Shown: positions 11,639 through 25,529 of the stretch, piece after piece
Numbering within the stretch: the first letter of the stretch is position 1
Layout: each line of letters opens with the position of its first letter
Program-made: the position numbers and the translations under genes
The notes under the pieces: generated by a model
The model's input: only the letters and a program-made list of their open reading frames with translations
What the model was told of the DNA's origin: nothing
Databases searched by the model: none
Assembly: GCF_001194135.2 (NCBI RefSeq)
Contig: NC_068982.1
Location: 99,792,950-99,856,949, forward strand
Length of the DNA stretch: 64,000 nt
Direction: 5' to 3'
DNA from: Octopus bimaculoides
Lineage: Eukaryota

Positions 11639-11896
11639 NNNNNNNNNNNNNNNNNNNNNNNNNNNNNNNNNNNNNNNNNNNNNNNNNNNNNNNNNNNNNN
11701 NNNNNNNNNNNNNNNNNNNNNNNNNNNNNNNNNNNNNNNNNNNNNNNNNNNNNNNNNNNNNNNNNNNNNNNNNNNNNNNNNNNNNNNNNNNNNNNNNNNN
11801 NNNNNNNNNNNNNNNNNNNNNNNNNNNNNNNNNNNNNNNNNNNNNNNNNNNNNNNNNNNNNNNNNNNNNNNNNNNNNNNNNNNNNNNNNNNNNNNN
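11639..11896. other. Assembly gap flanked by (AT)n
   Basis: Run of N. Confidence 0.99.
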
Positions 11897-11938
<42 letters not shown>

Positions 11939-13794
11939 CTAAAGCTAACACAACACAACAATTCTGTAAATAACACCACACTTCTTAAGTATAGATGTAA
12001 ATGTATTTATGTATGTATAAGGATTTTTAGGAGGGGAGGGGATGAGTCTTTACAGGAAAAAACATTTGATAATTTTGATGGCATTGTAATTAGGGAGTTA
12101 CTGTTGGTTTTTTTTTTTTTATATATCAAAGTTACATTACAAGATATTCCTTTCTCAAGAAAACTCTTACATCTCTTCACTATCTTCACTACCATCATGA
12201 TGATTATCATCATCATAATTCTTGCTACAACGAACACCAAACCTTGAAGGCAGCTAGTTTAATTAAAATGTACAGTTAGGGGAATAGGACTAGGTAGGTG
12301 GAAGAAATACCAAACATCAAGCGGTGTTTCAGGTATGTAGGACATAACTGTTTATTTCAACATCCTTCTGGTTTTATCTAGGATATATGTAAATCAAAAA
12401 CATAAACAAACAGGTTTCAAAAAACAAACAAACAAACTGATAAGTAAAATAAATACAAGCAGGTATCAAATGTTTGTAATTTCTACTTGGCTATGAGCAG
12501 TCCTCCCTACGATTAACTGGTTTCAGAGGAAAGTGAAGGGGAAGTTGTGGTGCTTATGCCTTTCGTAAAGGTGTTGATGAAACAAGTAATTTGATGCAAA
12601 TTAGTTACAACTGGAAACTGAAACCAAGTTGTAGATTTTGGTTGACTAAGAATTTCATTTCTAAACTGCAGCATCTTCCACAATTAGGATAAGTAATTAA
12701 AAGAAATTATATAACAGGTATAATTACCAAGCTCTAATAAAGTTTAATCCAGTCTTGTGTTTGATTAAAGCACTATGCTAACAAACATCAACCATATATT
12801 GTTTGTTGTTCTGGTAGTACAACCCCAAGGCCAATCCTGATTAACAAGACATACGATTCAAGGCAATTCAGCCATGACTATTCCATCTTTTCCTGGTCAG
12901 GTACATGTCCAATGTCTCCTTCCATTTTTAAAATAGCAGGGTGTCTTTTGAAGAAGATTTGGCCACCTTGTCTACTATGTTGAGCAATCATACAGTGGTT
13001 CCTTTGTAGGTCCGGCTCTCTCATTTGCTACCTACACATCATAGGTTGGCTTCAGCAGGGCTGAATATAATGACTATCAATCATTATACTATATCCACCA
13101 ATCAATCTCAAGACAACAACCAAACATTCAGATATAAATGACGACCACTGGCATATCAGTCCAGTAACTTAACCATTATGCTATTATAAATTTATACACA
13201 ACTTAAGAGGAATTATCTTTAAAAATATTAATATCACTGGAAATTAGTTTAGTTTCCAATTCCTGGTTAAAATAGTTTCATCTCATCTTTTTTTGTTATT
13301 GTTGCGATGGCCACAATAGTTCATTCAATGTTGTAAGTCAAGTTGAAGTAGCAGAATAGCTTCAACATGAATTCACTTGAGATTTGAAACTTCTAGAGAG
13401 AAAATGACCACGAGGACTATGCTCTAGGTAAGTTTGATAGAGCAAGTTGTACTCCAATTTGGAACAAGGTCCCATATCAATGCTCTGTTTAATCTTTTTC
13501 AATCCTTACTACAAGGCAGCTTAACTCGATATTTAAAGAATGACGGAGGGAAAACTAACCTGCAACTTCTCAATGTCAGCCCTTCATTTAAAGCTTCATT
13601 TACAACTTAAAAATCATGACTACTGCTAAAATTCTCAGCAAACAATGTCTGCAACACAATTTCACTTGGAACCATTTGGCTTAAGTATATTACACTTTCA
13701 AGAAATGTATAAACTTTACAGCTTCTCAGATTCAGTCAATAAGTCTGAAGCTACATAGCTAGTTTAGAAATCTTTATTACAGTTATTATTACTT

Positions 13795-13932
13795 TCTGAG
13801 TGGTTGGCGTTAGGAAGGGCATCCAGCTGTAGAAACTCTGCCAAATTAGATTGGAGCCTGGTGTAGCCATCCGGTTGCACCAGTCCTCAGTCAAATCGTC
13901 CAACCCATGCTAGCATGGAAAGCGGACGTTAA

Positions 13933-13964
<32 letters not shown>
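13795..13964 (+). mobile_element. Young RTE-type LINE/SINE 3' end with (ATG)n tail
   Basis: ...cccatgctagcatggaaagcggacgttaaa(tga)n; possible TSD attact; 5 mismatches over ~118 bp to the inverted copy at 29407-29541. Confidence 0.85.
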
Positions 13965-13965
<1 letters not shown>

Positions 13966-14574
13966 ACTAAGGAAACAGATCAGCAGAATTGCTAGAACAC
14001 CAGACAAAATACTTTGTGGCATTCCAGCCCTTTATGTTGTAGCAAATTCAAAACTGATTCAACAAATAACCAAGTTAAAATCATGGCTTAGTAACAACCT
14101 TTTTATGTGATCGGCCAAATTATGGACCAATCAGCACTGAGAATCACATGATGCAACTTTCTTGAATCTTCTAGAACATCCCCTAACAAGGCATATAAAT
14201 AGGCATGCTTGGAAGCTAAATTTCAGTTTGTGGGTAATTGCAGCTAAACTAACCACATTCTCATTTTGCAGCATTTAACAGTAATGACTCCTTTGCATAT
14301 GCAGGGGCTACAGTTTTGCAATCATGAATGCAGCATGGTATTTTCTCCTATTGTGACAGCTTATTTACAGAGCCAACTTAACCAACTATTTTGTAATAAC
14401 TACAGAATTGTCATTTCCAGGGTAAAAACTTTGTTGCTGCATTTTTAATGCAAGACCAACATATGTAGTGAATAAAATTCTGTTAATTATTCACTGGTGT
14501 TTTACATTCATTATACACAACCTGAACCCAACTCAACCACCACCTGGTAACCACACCTTGTAACAATGTCTTCA

Positions 14575-14725
14575 GGGTAAACTCTGCCAAGGTTGACTTT
14601 GCTTTTTATCAAAGTTTTTTGGGAGCTGATAAAATAAAGTATCAGTCAAGTACTGGAGTCAATGTAATAGACAAACCCTCTTCTCCTAAATTTCTGGCAT
14701 TGTACCTATATTAGAAACAATTATT
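14575..14725 (+). mobile_element. 5'-truncated SINE family A copy
   Basis: aactctgccaaggttgactttgc...gataaaataaagtatcagt aligns with family A. Confidence 0.6.
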
Positions 14726-14742
14726 ACTTTATCCATATGATA

Positions 14743-15088
14743 AGTAAAAGTAAAGACCCTTTTTGGTCATGATAGACCATAGGATTGCACCTAGAAAGTT
14801 TCCCTCCAAGGCATAAGTCCAAGTAAGGTTGTTTATGGAAGACTAGTAGTCACCCATGCATACCAGCCTCCCACTCTCCACACAACCAATGTTATTCAAG
14901 AGAAAGGCAAAGACCAATACAGCTTGGCACCAGTGATGTCACAACTTATTTCTACAGCTGAGTGAACTAGAGCAATGTGAAATAAAGTGTCTTGTTCAAG
15001 AACACAACACACAACCCAGTTCAGGAATCAAACTCACAACCTTATGATTGAGAGTGCGACGATCTAACCACTGAGTCATGTACCTTCA
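14743..15088 (-). mobile_element. Full-length tRNA-headed SINE family C
   Basis: Minus strand tgaaggtacatgactcagtggttag...gagtttgattcc (A/B boxes), body, and a (ctttac)n-like tail; partial second copy at ~32640-32795. Confidence 0.75.
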
Positions 15089-16676
15089 GTGCATATGATG
15101 ATTAATATCTCTATATTACTACAATACCTCAATACTAATGTCTTGCAAATAGGCAGAATGCAACATCCTGCTAACTCCTTTCACCATCTTCAGAAATCAA
15201 ACCTAAATTAGAAATCATTGTTCACACTTTTAATAACTCTAGACTAAAACTTTTCAGAAGGGCTTGAACATCACAACAATCTTTTATGTCAATAAATAGA
15301 ACCTCAGGTTCCATGTTTATGTAAATAACAATAATTATTAACAATAACTGCTCTTATTATCCTCATCATGTTATTGAATAACTTTTGTTAGTTTTTCAAT
15401 AATAGTAACAAAAGGGTATTCACAAGAAGATTCAATTAGCTGGCTGACAGATTAAGCTAGAGGTAGTGTCCATTTTACTAAATATATCCTCTCCTAAGAG
15501 GATATATTTAGTAATATTACTTTTATGACAACATAGTTGTTGTTGTTTAGCCCAAGGTTAACCTATATGAGCTGACTTACAATCAAAAGCATTCCAACTG
15601 TAATGTAACCATTCCATTGTTTTAGGAGTATATTGGGCAAGACAGTAGAATGTGATTTGAGGGAGATTTAGCAGCTATTTGGAGCAGATCAACTAATCAT
15701 GTAGAAACTTCCTTGTTTGCTAAGTTTCTGTATAACCAGTGTAGTTATGTAGAAGCTTTGGGGAGGAACATAAGTATTTAAAACATTTTGCCATTCCAGA
15801 ACAGCATTCATTTGACCTTCATTGATAGTAGCTTTATGAAGTCATACTCTAAAATATAAAATGTGTGTGTGTGTTTGAAATGCTACTTGTCTACTTACAC
15901 TAAATAACAGTATGGCCTTTGTTTAGGAATATCAGACAGGAATACAAAAGAGAAAATACAACAGTTTGACTATTTATTTGTTCCACCCATCTATCCTGAT
16001 AAAAACATTTTCCTTTTTGCTCAAATTTTCACAAGACCGCATTAAATAATTTGACATGGCTGTCTCTAAATCAAGGGGGACAAGGTAGCTGGCTTGATAT
16101 AGAATGGCAAATATCACTCAGACAGTCCACTTGGTGACTGATCTGTCCCTACCACCACACCACACCACAAAACACTGTGGCATAATGATTTCTTTTACAT
16201 AAGCATGAATCTTGATTTATAGAGCAAGGGTAAACTGGATTTGAAACATTTCTACTATTCCAAAGGACTTTAACAACATATATATATCAACTTTGGTTGG
16301 TAATAACATAGCCATGTAATTAGATACCTGTCACAACTAAGGATTTCTTTAATAGCTATAGCTGCCTCAGATTCATAAATTTTGAGAAAGTAAGAAGTCA
16401 TGAGCTTTAATAATTTAAGTGAAATGGTTCCAAATGGAAATTAAGTGACAGACTTAATTACCAAAAATCTTAGTACCACAAAGCTATTTAACAATGGTAT
16501 TTTAAAGTTATAGCATAACCCTTTTCCTATTTGGTATTATATATAAAAAAAAAAATTAATGGAATATCAAATGCACTTTAATAATAAGAAGAAAAAAAGA
16601 CTAAAGGACATAAAAAGGTGGGGGAACACATTGAGTGCACAGTGCAACACCAACTGTAATGAGTTCAGATTCATAC

Positions 16677-16732
16677 CTGTCTGTCTGAAGTGTAAGCTTC
16701 ATCATCACTATGGTCAGTTGTAGAATTTGGAC
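16677..16732 (-). CDS. Internal coding exon (56 nt, phase 1-0): (S)PNSTTDHSDDEAYTSDRQ
   Basis: Acceptor cttttgtttttag| and donor CAG|gtatga. Open frame; phases bridge the 44513-44974 exon (ends phase 1) and the 1176-1253 exon (starts phase 0). Confidence 0.75.
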
Positions 16733-17133
16733 CTAAAAACAAAAGCAGTAAAAGAATAAGATATTGAAAAATTGACATAATTTTCAAATCGTTTTAAAAT
16801 ATATAACTTCAGTTTATTGTTATTATATAGAAAAGCACAGGAAATAGTTTTATTTCATATAATCTTTCAATATTTCTCTCTCTCTTTCTCTCTGAAAGTT
16901 AGTATCAATGAATTATATTTCAATATTATTGAACATCACTGAAGTTAACTTTGCTTTACCTTTCTCCACAGCTAATAAAATAAGTCAAGCACTGACATTG
17001 TTTAAATCAACAATAATCCTCATTACAATTTTGTGGCTCTGTGCCAAAAAGTCTTTACTGCTTTATCTTTTGAATGTTCGGCAAAGATTCACACACCAAC
17101 ACACTGCAAACTTTAGCTCACAGCCATGATGCT

Positions 17134-17180
<47 letters not shown>

Positions 17181-19811
17181 CTACTGCTGCTACAGTGATC
17201 TTTGCTCCTCTGAGCTACATAACTGCATGTCTCTTACAATTGGGCCTATCTGACACACTTGTCTCTCTTCTTTCACTCTGATTGCATCTTATCACCCAGA
17301 TCCCACATAATCACACTTTCTTCCTGGAATGCAGCTCTTTGGAACTTCCTCTCTGCTTATTTTCCCTTCCAAACTGAATATGAACCACATACAACCTGTA
17401 AAGATTATGGGCACCATCTCTTCCCTCTTCACTAACTTATAAATACATTTTTTTTTTTAAATGTAACCATTAAGCCAGTGGGATGAAAGGTAAAGTCAAC
17501 ACAGACTGGAACTTGAAATTGAGAAAAAGAAACCAAATATAGTAAAGTCTTTCACTTGATGTACTAAAGAATTGCCTTCACATCAGAATAAATAAATATA
17601 TTTCTTTGTACATATTCACTGCCTTTGGGTCTGTAGTTTGATAGTTTAATTATTCAGCTATTGCATTTCTTACATATGAAAACAGAGATGAGAGTGGTGG
17701 GGGAGAAAGAAAATATACAGTTTTAACAAGAAAATTAACCCCCCTACATTTTGTAGTCTGGCCTAAGGGAGGTAGATACATGAGAGGGACAATGAGTGAG
17801 GAGACAGAAGAGAGAGAGAGATAGAATATAAAAGAGGCATAGTCAGAAGTTTGGGCTAGAAATGGAGAAAAAAAAGGGGAGTAAGTGGTAGGGATGAGAA
17901 AGGGAAAGAGAACAAAAAAGAAGAAATGTGAAGGATACAGAAAGCATAGTGAACACTACAATGAAGAAAAGAGGGTACAAGTCCCACAAGGTTCCCACAC
18001 TTTCTGAACAGCAACCTCACCACCTTGAAAGAACTAAAAAAAAGGACACGGCTGCTGACCTTCCTTTTATGACTAATTAATTAAAAACCAAAATGCACGT
18101 GTGAATAAATGGCTACATAGACCTGGATTTAAAGGTGCAGGTGTATACAAATAAAAGATATCTATCGATGTCAGCCCATGTTAACAGTAAAGACCAAGCG
18201 TGCAACCTCATCAACTTCAAATAAAGGAAAATAGTATAATTTACAGTCTGCATATGTGTGAGAGTGGTTGTAAGTGATCCAATTTCATGGAAACACGTAT
18301 GTACGTACATACACCTATACGTATGTATGTATAACAGTTAAACACTTCTCAGAATAGGTGGGTGGGTGGTTCGAAAAATTCAATGTGGTGCAGTGCAGGT
18401 AGTATATCGAGTAGCTTTTTATAATGTCACTGCAGTCAAACTGACAAAACAAAACTAAAAACACTACCACCACCACCACCACTACAATTACAGATCCTAA
18501 CACAATGTTACTATTATAGTTGTTGCAATTACAGCAGCCACCATTATTTTAACAACCTCTTTATCATAACACCAAAGGAGTCTCTATGCAGTCAGTTGAC
18601 CAGCTAGAGGTAGCAGTTGAATTTCCTCCGACGACACTCTACTATCTTAAAATAGTAAGAACACATTGGCCACGAAGTCTCTTAAGTACAAGAAAGAAAA
18701 AAAGGACTATCAAAGTTAACATGTTTCTGACCTAGATTATTACTATCAGGGAAGTTTTGACTGTTTCCATGTCCATAATACCATCACTATCACTGGTAAA
18801 ATGTTACTAACACAAAGTCATGGTAGAGATGTCACCATCTCCACCATGACTCTAGCTAAAGCCATCACTTCTACCACCACCATCATTTGCATCAACAAAA
18901 TGAGTCCCACCTGAGAACTATATAACCTGTACTGATGTCAATAGGTGAAACTAGTCAAGTAAACATCCTAAGGGAGAGGGTAAGGAGGATGGGACTGGAT
19001 GGCTGGTTAATAACCAGTATTTATGTCATGGTTCTGTAATTTGGTGACTTCCATTCTTTTTTCTAGAGAAGTCAATAAAATAAGGACCTATAGCTACCAC
19101 TTGTCAGGTCATATGAATATTTTATCCACTCTCTTCTCAAAAACAGAAGAATATGTATAAACACATACACATGCACAGTATTCAAAAAGTGAGTTTTTAC
19201 ATGGATATTCATCCAGCCACAAAAATAGAAGCCAAATTCCTCTCAAATTATACTCAATCATCCTAAAAGAAAGAAAGATACATTAAACAATGTAATCCTA
19301 AATAAGCATTATCTGAAAAAAAGATAAGATAGTTACCCTAGGTTTGCTTAATCAGGGATGATTTTGTGACTAAATAGCCAAAACAATATACAAACCCATC
19401 AGAATTTATACAGCTTACATGTAATATTATTTTGAAGTTATTGCACACTCGAGAGAAATCGATGATTATGATTTTGTTTCAGTTGGATCTTATTCAGTCA
19501 GAACCATTTATGCTAACTCATTACTTTAATTTGTTCTAATAGACACCAACAGAATAAGGGTTTAGTTCCAAGAAAACTGAGTGTATGTGTGACCTAGTAT
19601 CATTTCAAATCTTGGAGACATTTCACTTTTCTTATATGGTGGAATAAAGAACATTCTCCAAATTGTCTTATTTGACAATTCTTATTCTTACACTGATAGT
19701 TCTTATTTGGAGTTACTACCTTCCTAAATGGGGAATCTACAGTCTGCCTTCTCATACACTTCACATACATATATGCATACATACATACAAACAGACAGAC
19801 AGATACATATA

Positions 19812-20649
19812 CAGGGTGCGATGGGTAAGTTGTTGCCATTTTATATTTTTTATTTTGTGCATGCACATTGTTTTTGATTTTGTCAACTACACAGTATAGT
19901 AGGGTCAGTTGGGCACCGTCTGTGAGAAAAACAGCACCATGATGCAATTCACTCTGCCAGAAATTTGGAAATGACATGCTGTACTGCTCCAATGCAAACA
20001 GATGATGAACACACAAAGCAACTGTTGGCTTGCCATGTCCCTAAAACGTGTACCAAGAGTGATAAAAATCAAATATCCAGTCATCATGATGTTTGGAGTA
20101 ATCACTAATGATGGCGATTTTATGCCTCCATTCATCTTCTCACATAGCCTCATACTCAACATGGAGGCCTACATCAAGTGCCTGGAGGAGGTAGTGGCTG
20201 GAAAATCCTTTTTCTGGCAACAGGACTCTGCACCATGCCATAGAAGCAAGAGAAGCCAGTCATGGCTGTCAGACAATTTTTGCTACAACATCACCCCTAA
20301 CATCTGGCCACCTAATTCTCCAGACTGCAACCTCCTTGATTATTATGTGTGAGGCACAGTTGAGCAAGAGACCAACAAAACTCCTTGTAACACCAAAGAT
20401 GGACTGAAGGCAAAGATTATGGCAGCATTAACCAACTTAAACTAGGAGACTGTCCAGAAGAGCTGCAGGAGATTCCAAAGTCGTCTAGAGGCCATGGTTG
20501 AAGCCAAGGGCGATTTTACTGAATAAATTTACTCTTTAGTATTTCAAGATATTTTTATGTAATTTAGGTAAATATATCTGTTAAAATGAGATATCAGTGT
20601 TATTTTTATTTTTGCATAATTTAGACAACAATATATTCACCACTCCCTG
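19812..20649 (+). mobile_element. Internally deleted Tc1/mariner element, DD37D (maT/Bmmar1-like)
   Basis: TA|CAGGGTGCGATGGGTAA left end and imperfect right TIR ...attcaccactccctg. Transposase C-terminus present; two more copies at 62533 and 63583. Confidence 0.92.
20002..20352 (+). pseudogene. Transposase catalytic-domain fragment
   Basis: WQQD-SAPCH...WPPNSPDCNLL-D-YYV has exactly 37 residues between the second and third Asp. First Asp and DNA-binding domain are missing; TGA replaces Trp after DYYV. Confidence 0.9.
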
Positions 20650-20729
20650 CATATGTAGTAATAATAATAATAAACCACGGGTAGAATTAATCAATATTTT
20701 TATGCATTGCTACATGCATTTCTATCCAT

Positions 20730-21185
20730 GGATTATTATTATTGAATGAGAGATCAGTGAATGCCATCAAAGTGACACTGGGGTAAAATATATGAAATCC
20801 AGTATACACATCATGACTACCCATTTGATAAGGATACACCAGACACATGCATCACAACCATATGTGTGTGACATGGCGATCTCATATCAAGATAAACAGC
20901 ACCTGACCTTGCAGGTGGGGCCCGGCTAGAATTTTCTTCAGGTCGAGTAACCCATCCTACTCAAAAGGTCCCTGAAAAAGGGTTTTTAAGAATGTTGAAC
21001 AAAACACTCATGTTTCCAAAGGTGAATTATCCAAACCCCAACACATGGCTATGATGCCCCCCCCCCCCACTACTTCTGCTCGTTATCAGAAATGCACATA
21101 TCGTCAGCCACTAAGAAACATGCTCAACTGGTTAAGGTCAAGCAACTGACAAACGAATCTGTGGTATTGAGCAGAATCTTTGCTG
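20730..21185 (-). mobile_element. Unclassified ~450-bp repeat ending in (AAT)n
   Basis: GC-richer block with abrupt edges and a minus-strand ...ctctcattc(aat)n end. Single copy in the window; repeat status rests on my recollection of octopus sequence. Confidence 0.35.
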
Positions 21186-21196
21186 TATATATTATT

Positions 21197-21400
21197 AAGG
21201 TGGCAAGCTGGCAGAATCATTAGCACGCTGGGCAAAATGCTTAGCAGTATCTCATCTGTCTTTACATTCTGAGTTCAAATTCCGCCAAGCTCGACTTTAC
21301 CTTCAATCACTCTCAGTACCAGTCGAGCACTGGGGTCAACATAATTGACTTAGCCCTTCTCCAAAATTACTGGCCTTGTGCCAAAAATTCGAAATCATTA
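21197..21400 (+). mobile_element. SINE family A copy followed by (ATT)n(CTA)n
   Basis: ggtggcaagctggcagaatcattagcacgctgggcaaaatgcttagc...gagttcaaattccgcc...ggccttgtgccaaaaattcgaaa. Confidence 0.85.
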
Positions 21401-21416
21401 TTATTATTATTGTTGT

Positions 21417-21472
<56 letters not shown>

Positions 21473-21606
21473 TATTTATCTCATTGGCACAGCTTGGTAC
21501 AACACCCAAAACTTCTATTGCCAGTTGGTATCATGAGGCTGTAGTTAGCATAATAAAATAGGTGCTTTTATATGCATATTTAAAAATGTTTCCCTTAAAC
21601 GAACTT

Positions 21607-21890
21607 NNNNNNNNNNNNNNNNNNNNNNNNNNNNNNNNNNNNNNNNNNNNNNNNNNNNNNNNNNNNNNNNNNNNNNNNNNNNNNNNNNNNNNNNNNNNNN
21701 NNNNNNNNNNNNNNNNNNNNNNNNNNNNNNNNNNNNNNNNNNNNNNNNNNNNNNNNNNNNNNNNNNNNNNNNNNNNNNNNNNNNNNNNNNNNNNNNNNNN
21801 NNNNNNNNNNNNNNNNNNNNNNNNNNNNNNNNNNNNNNNNNNNNNNNNNNNNNNNNNNNNNNNNNNNNNNNNNNNNNNNNNNNNNNNNNN
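21607..21890. other. Assembly gap
   Basis: Run of N. Confidence 0.99.
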
Positions 21891-22029
21891 ATATATATAT
21901 ATATATATATATAATACAAATGATATATGAGCATATGCATGTATACATACATATATGTACATACCTACATCTACATGTATATATAGATGCATATCCAGGT
22001 ACAGGACGTCAAAAAAGGAACGGGAACAT

Positions 22030-22235
22030 AAATAAAGCACAAAAAACAGGCAAAATGCTTGGCAGCATTTCGTCCAACTTTACATTCTGAGTTCAAAATC
22101 TGCCAAGGTTGACTTTGCCTTTCATCCTTTCAGAGATCAATAAAATAAGTACTGGTCAAGCACTTATGTTAATCTAATTGACTTACCCCTTGCTCAAACT
22201 TACTGGCCTTGTGCCAAAATTTGAAATCAATATTA
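22030..22235 (+). mobile_element. SINE family A copy
   Basis: Aligns with the 21197 copy from ggcaaaatgctt onward. Confidence 0.8.
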
Positions 22236-22298
22236 TTATTACAACTACTACATATGTATAAGGACACAAACACACAGAGAGCAATATTAAAGAATACC

Positions 22299-22520
22299 TA
22301 AGGCAGTGAGCAGGCAGAATTGTTAGCATACCAGGCAAAATGCTTTGCAGCATTTCAACCATTTTTATTTTATTAGTTCAAATTCCGCCGAGGTAAAATG
22401 TGCCTGTCATCTTTTCAGGATTGATAAAATAAGTACCAGTTGAGCAATGGGGTCGATGTAATCAACTTACTCCCTACCCCAAAAGTGCTGGCCTTGTGTC
22501 AAAATTTGAAACCAATATCA
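22299..22520 (+). mobile_element. SINE family A copy
   Basis: aaggcagtgagcaggcagaattgttagc...ggccttgtgtcaaaatttgaaacc. Confidence 0.85.
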
Positions 22521-23527
22521 AAAGAATATTAGTAATGTTATAAGCTAAACAAACCAATGTAGAATGTGTAATATTTTTTTTATATTGATAGTAGTATCTT
22601 TATAGAAATAATGCTTTCACAAAGATACAACTTCATAAAAATGAACAAGTCAGAATTTAAATTCAGAAATGTGAATTATCAAGTTGGATATTGTTAAACA
22701 AGAGTTTTCAACTAGGTTTCCATTAGAGCCAAAAGCAAAATAAAGCATTTCTATTGATAAAATATCAGCTAGTCTGAATGAATTTATTACTATCTAGTTT
22801 TTAACTGATTTATGGGATTTTTTTAGATATATTATAAATTTATCCTTTCTGAAAATTTTTCTTCAGAAATATGATAAATATAGCATATGATCTTTGCTCC
22901 AGGGAATGTCAATTGCCTCAAATAAAACTGAGCTTTTCATCCAATGAAAAGTGGATTGTATCCAAGTCACTGAACATTTATTTTTCTAGTTAAAATATTA
23001 TCATCCTTCTAAGTAATTATAGAGCTGTTCAATAGTAAAAACAGAAAATTGAATTACATTTTTTTCCTCCAATACATTTATAATCTGAGAAAACACTTCT
23101 GTGGAATTTAAATAATTTTAGAACATAAGCATGATAGTACATAAAAAAAATATATTACGAAGAGCATACATTTTAATTAATGCCACCTATCTCTTTTGCT
23201 TCACTCATTAATCTCAGTTCTAGAAAATGTTCCTTGAATGTTGCATATATGTATGCAATGAGTGCACTAATGAAATTAAACTGTGCCAAGGAAGGAAAAC
23301 TCTACATGGACATACAACCTGCTAGAAATAGTAGTCAAATCGCTTCTCATATCCAACTGTTTTAAATATGAAAAGTATACACTGGATAATGTAGTCTTAG
23401 ATACACTGTCCCAGAAAAAAATATCATGGAAGGAGTGCCTTTTAATGTAGAGGTGCTCATTCAGAGGACTCAGGCAAAACAGTAACATCGACATTTATGC
23501 AGAAAGTTGTTGGTTTATTTGAAACAG

Positions 23528-23636
<109 letters not shown>

Positions 23637-24344
23637 TTTTGTAGTATTAAGACATATATTAAATTAACCTAACATTTTCAGGTTTACTTTCACTATTAAT
23701 CCATCCAAACAATCTTTTGCTCATGGGCAAATTTGAGTAACATGTAATTTTTGCATTTATATAAATCAGTAAATTTTCTTCTTTCCCTTCAAGCTTAAAT
23801 GATTTTTAAAGTATATATTCCAGTCCTCTACTTTCTGCATCAAATTATTTTAAGATGAGATGTAGTAATTGTAGATAAGTACTGAGGAAGTCTGACACCA
23901 ATAAGAAATTTCAGAAGTAACTTCCTCAGTACATAATAATAGATATAGTGTAAAATATGATATAGTACAGTATAGCAACTCAAAATATGAATATAGGTTA
24001 CCATTAAAAGATAGCAGAAAGTAAAATGAATGGAGACAGACGAAAAATGTGAATTTGAAAAACAAATTTGAGGTGAACAGTAGAAGGGAAAAATGTTGTT
24101 TGTAGAAAAGACAAAAAGAAATATAACAGAAAATAAGAAATAAAATAAGTGTTGGATTTGACTGAGTTGCCCATGTTCAGTCCTCTGCAGGACAAAGGCC
24201 TCAGCATGTCTTTTCTACTGATGTAAAGGCTGTGAATTTGAGCTTGAGATCATACTGGTTTGAAGAGCCTACTCTGCCACACTGGCTTGACATAGCTTGG
24301 CAGGATGATGAAGTTTTTTTCTTTTTTTTCTTTTTTTAAACTCA

Positions 24345-24525
24345 TACTCAAGGGTAATTAAGTTGATTATATTGACCCCAGTGCTCACCAGGTACTTATT
24401 TTATTGAGCCTGAAAGGATGAAAGGCAAAGTCGACCTTGATGGAATCCGAACTCAGAATTGTAAAGATGGACAAAATACTGCTAAGCATTTCACCTGGCA
24501 TGCTAATGATTCTACCAGCTTGCCT
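24345..24525 (-). mobile_element. SINE family A copy
   Basis: Reverse complement of family A (gaaaggatgaaaggcaaagtcgacc...gaactcaga). Confidence 0.8.
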
Positions 24526-25529
24526 AAATATTAAGAAATGCAAAAGAAACATGTTAAAGTGAAGGTTAAAATATCCCAGTTACAGTTGTGTTTATGGTAT
24601 AAACAAGACCCAAACTGGACAAGTTGGAGCAAAACTTTTACAAACCTTTCAATAGGCAAACATATACATGAGTTTGTTTCCTACTCCATGGCTTATAGTG
24701 ACAACTGATGATCTGGAACTGTGAGGTTTTGGAGCTGACACTTTTAATGTACATGTATGTTTGCCTATTGAAAGGTTTGTGAAATCTGTAGACATACAAA
24801 TTAGAACAATTTCCTCTAACCATGTTATGTTGTCTTCACTCACAAAACAGATCGAGAAAATTTTTCAACTAAACCTCAGGAAATTAATTTTAAAACATAC
24901 AAAACCTTACTATTTGCTATAATTTAAGTAAATAAAAAAAAAAATCGTAGAAGCTAGTTAATTTGGCTTCGTTGCAAATAAACACCTTGTTTACTAGTAG
25001 CTGATTACTTATTATTTGACAAAGAATGTTAACTAGAGTTGTGATTACATGTTTAGCAGAAAGACAAAACAAAAAGAAACATCATCCACATAGAGAAGTT
25101 GGTCACACACAGTTATCTACATTTTACATTCCAAAACAAAATAAAATGAAAGGAAAACAATCATTAATTACCCGTGTGTGTGGTCCAACTAGAAGTTTCA
25201 CAAGCATGATGTGTGTATATATCAATTGCTGTCTGTCAATAATCAATGATGGCTGCCCATGTTGTAAAGTCACAACTCTCCTCTACTGGATGTTTGTCTA
25301 GAGCTACAGGTATCAATGTTCAATTTCCTCATATTACATCTAACCACATCTTTGTATCTCAGTCACTGGTTCAGATAAAGGACCACTTTATTGCACTGTA
25401 GTGAATTTTTCACAAGGAGATAGCGAGTATAATCTTTGATAACTTGGATAGCAATCAATCCAGTATACTTTTGAGTTATTAACATTACTACATTATACTG
25501 CTTCCTAAAGATTTACGTGTTACTGGCTT

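Noticed and set aside
13559-13605. 46-nt segment with acceptor tttttaag| and donor CAG|gttagt (VNEALNEGLTLRSC)
   Set aside because: Open only in phase 1-2, incompatible with the phase-0 intron it lies in.
18021-18033. 13-nt microexon candidate (ttttttttag|TTCTTTCAAGGTG|gtgagg)
   Set aside because: Not frame-preserving and no compensating partner found.
24976-24994. Paired forkhead-like sites AAATAAACA / TGTTTAC
   Set aside because: Short AT-rich motifs are expected by chance at this base composition.
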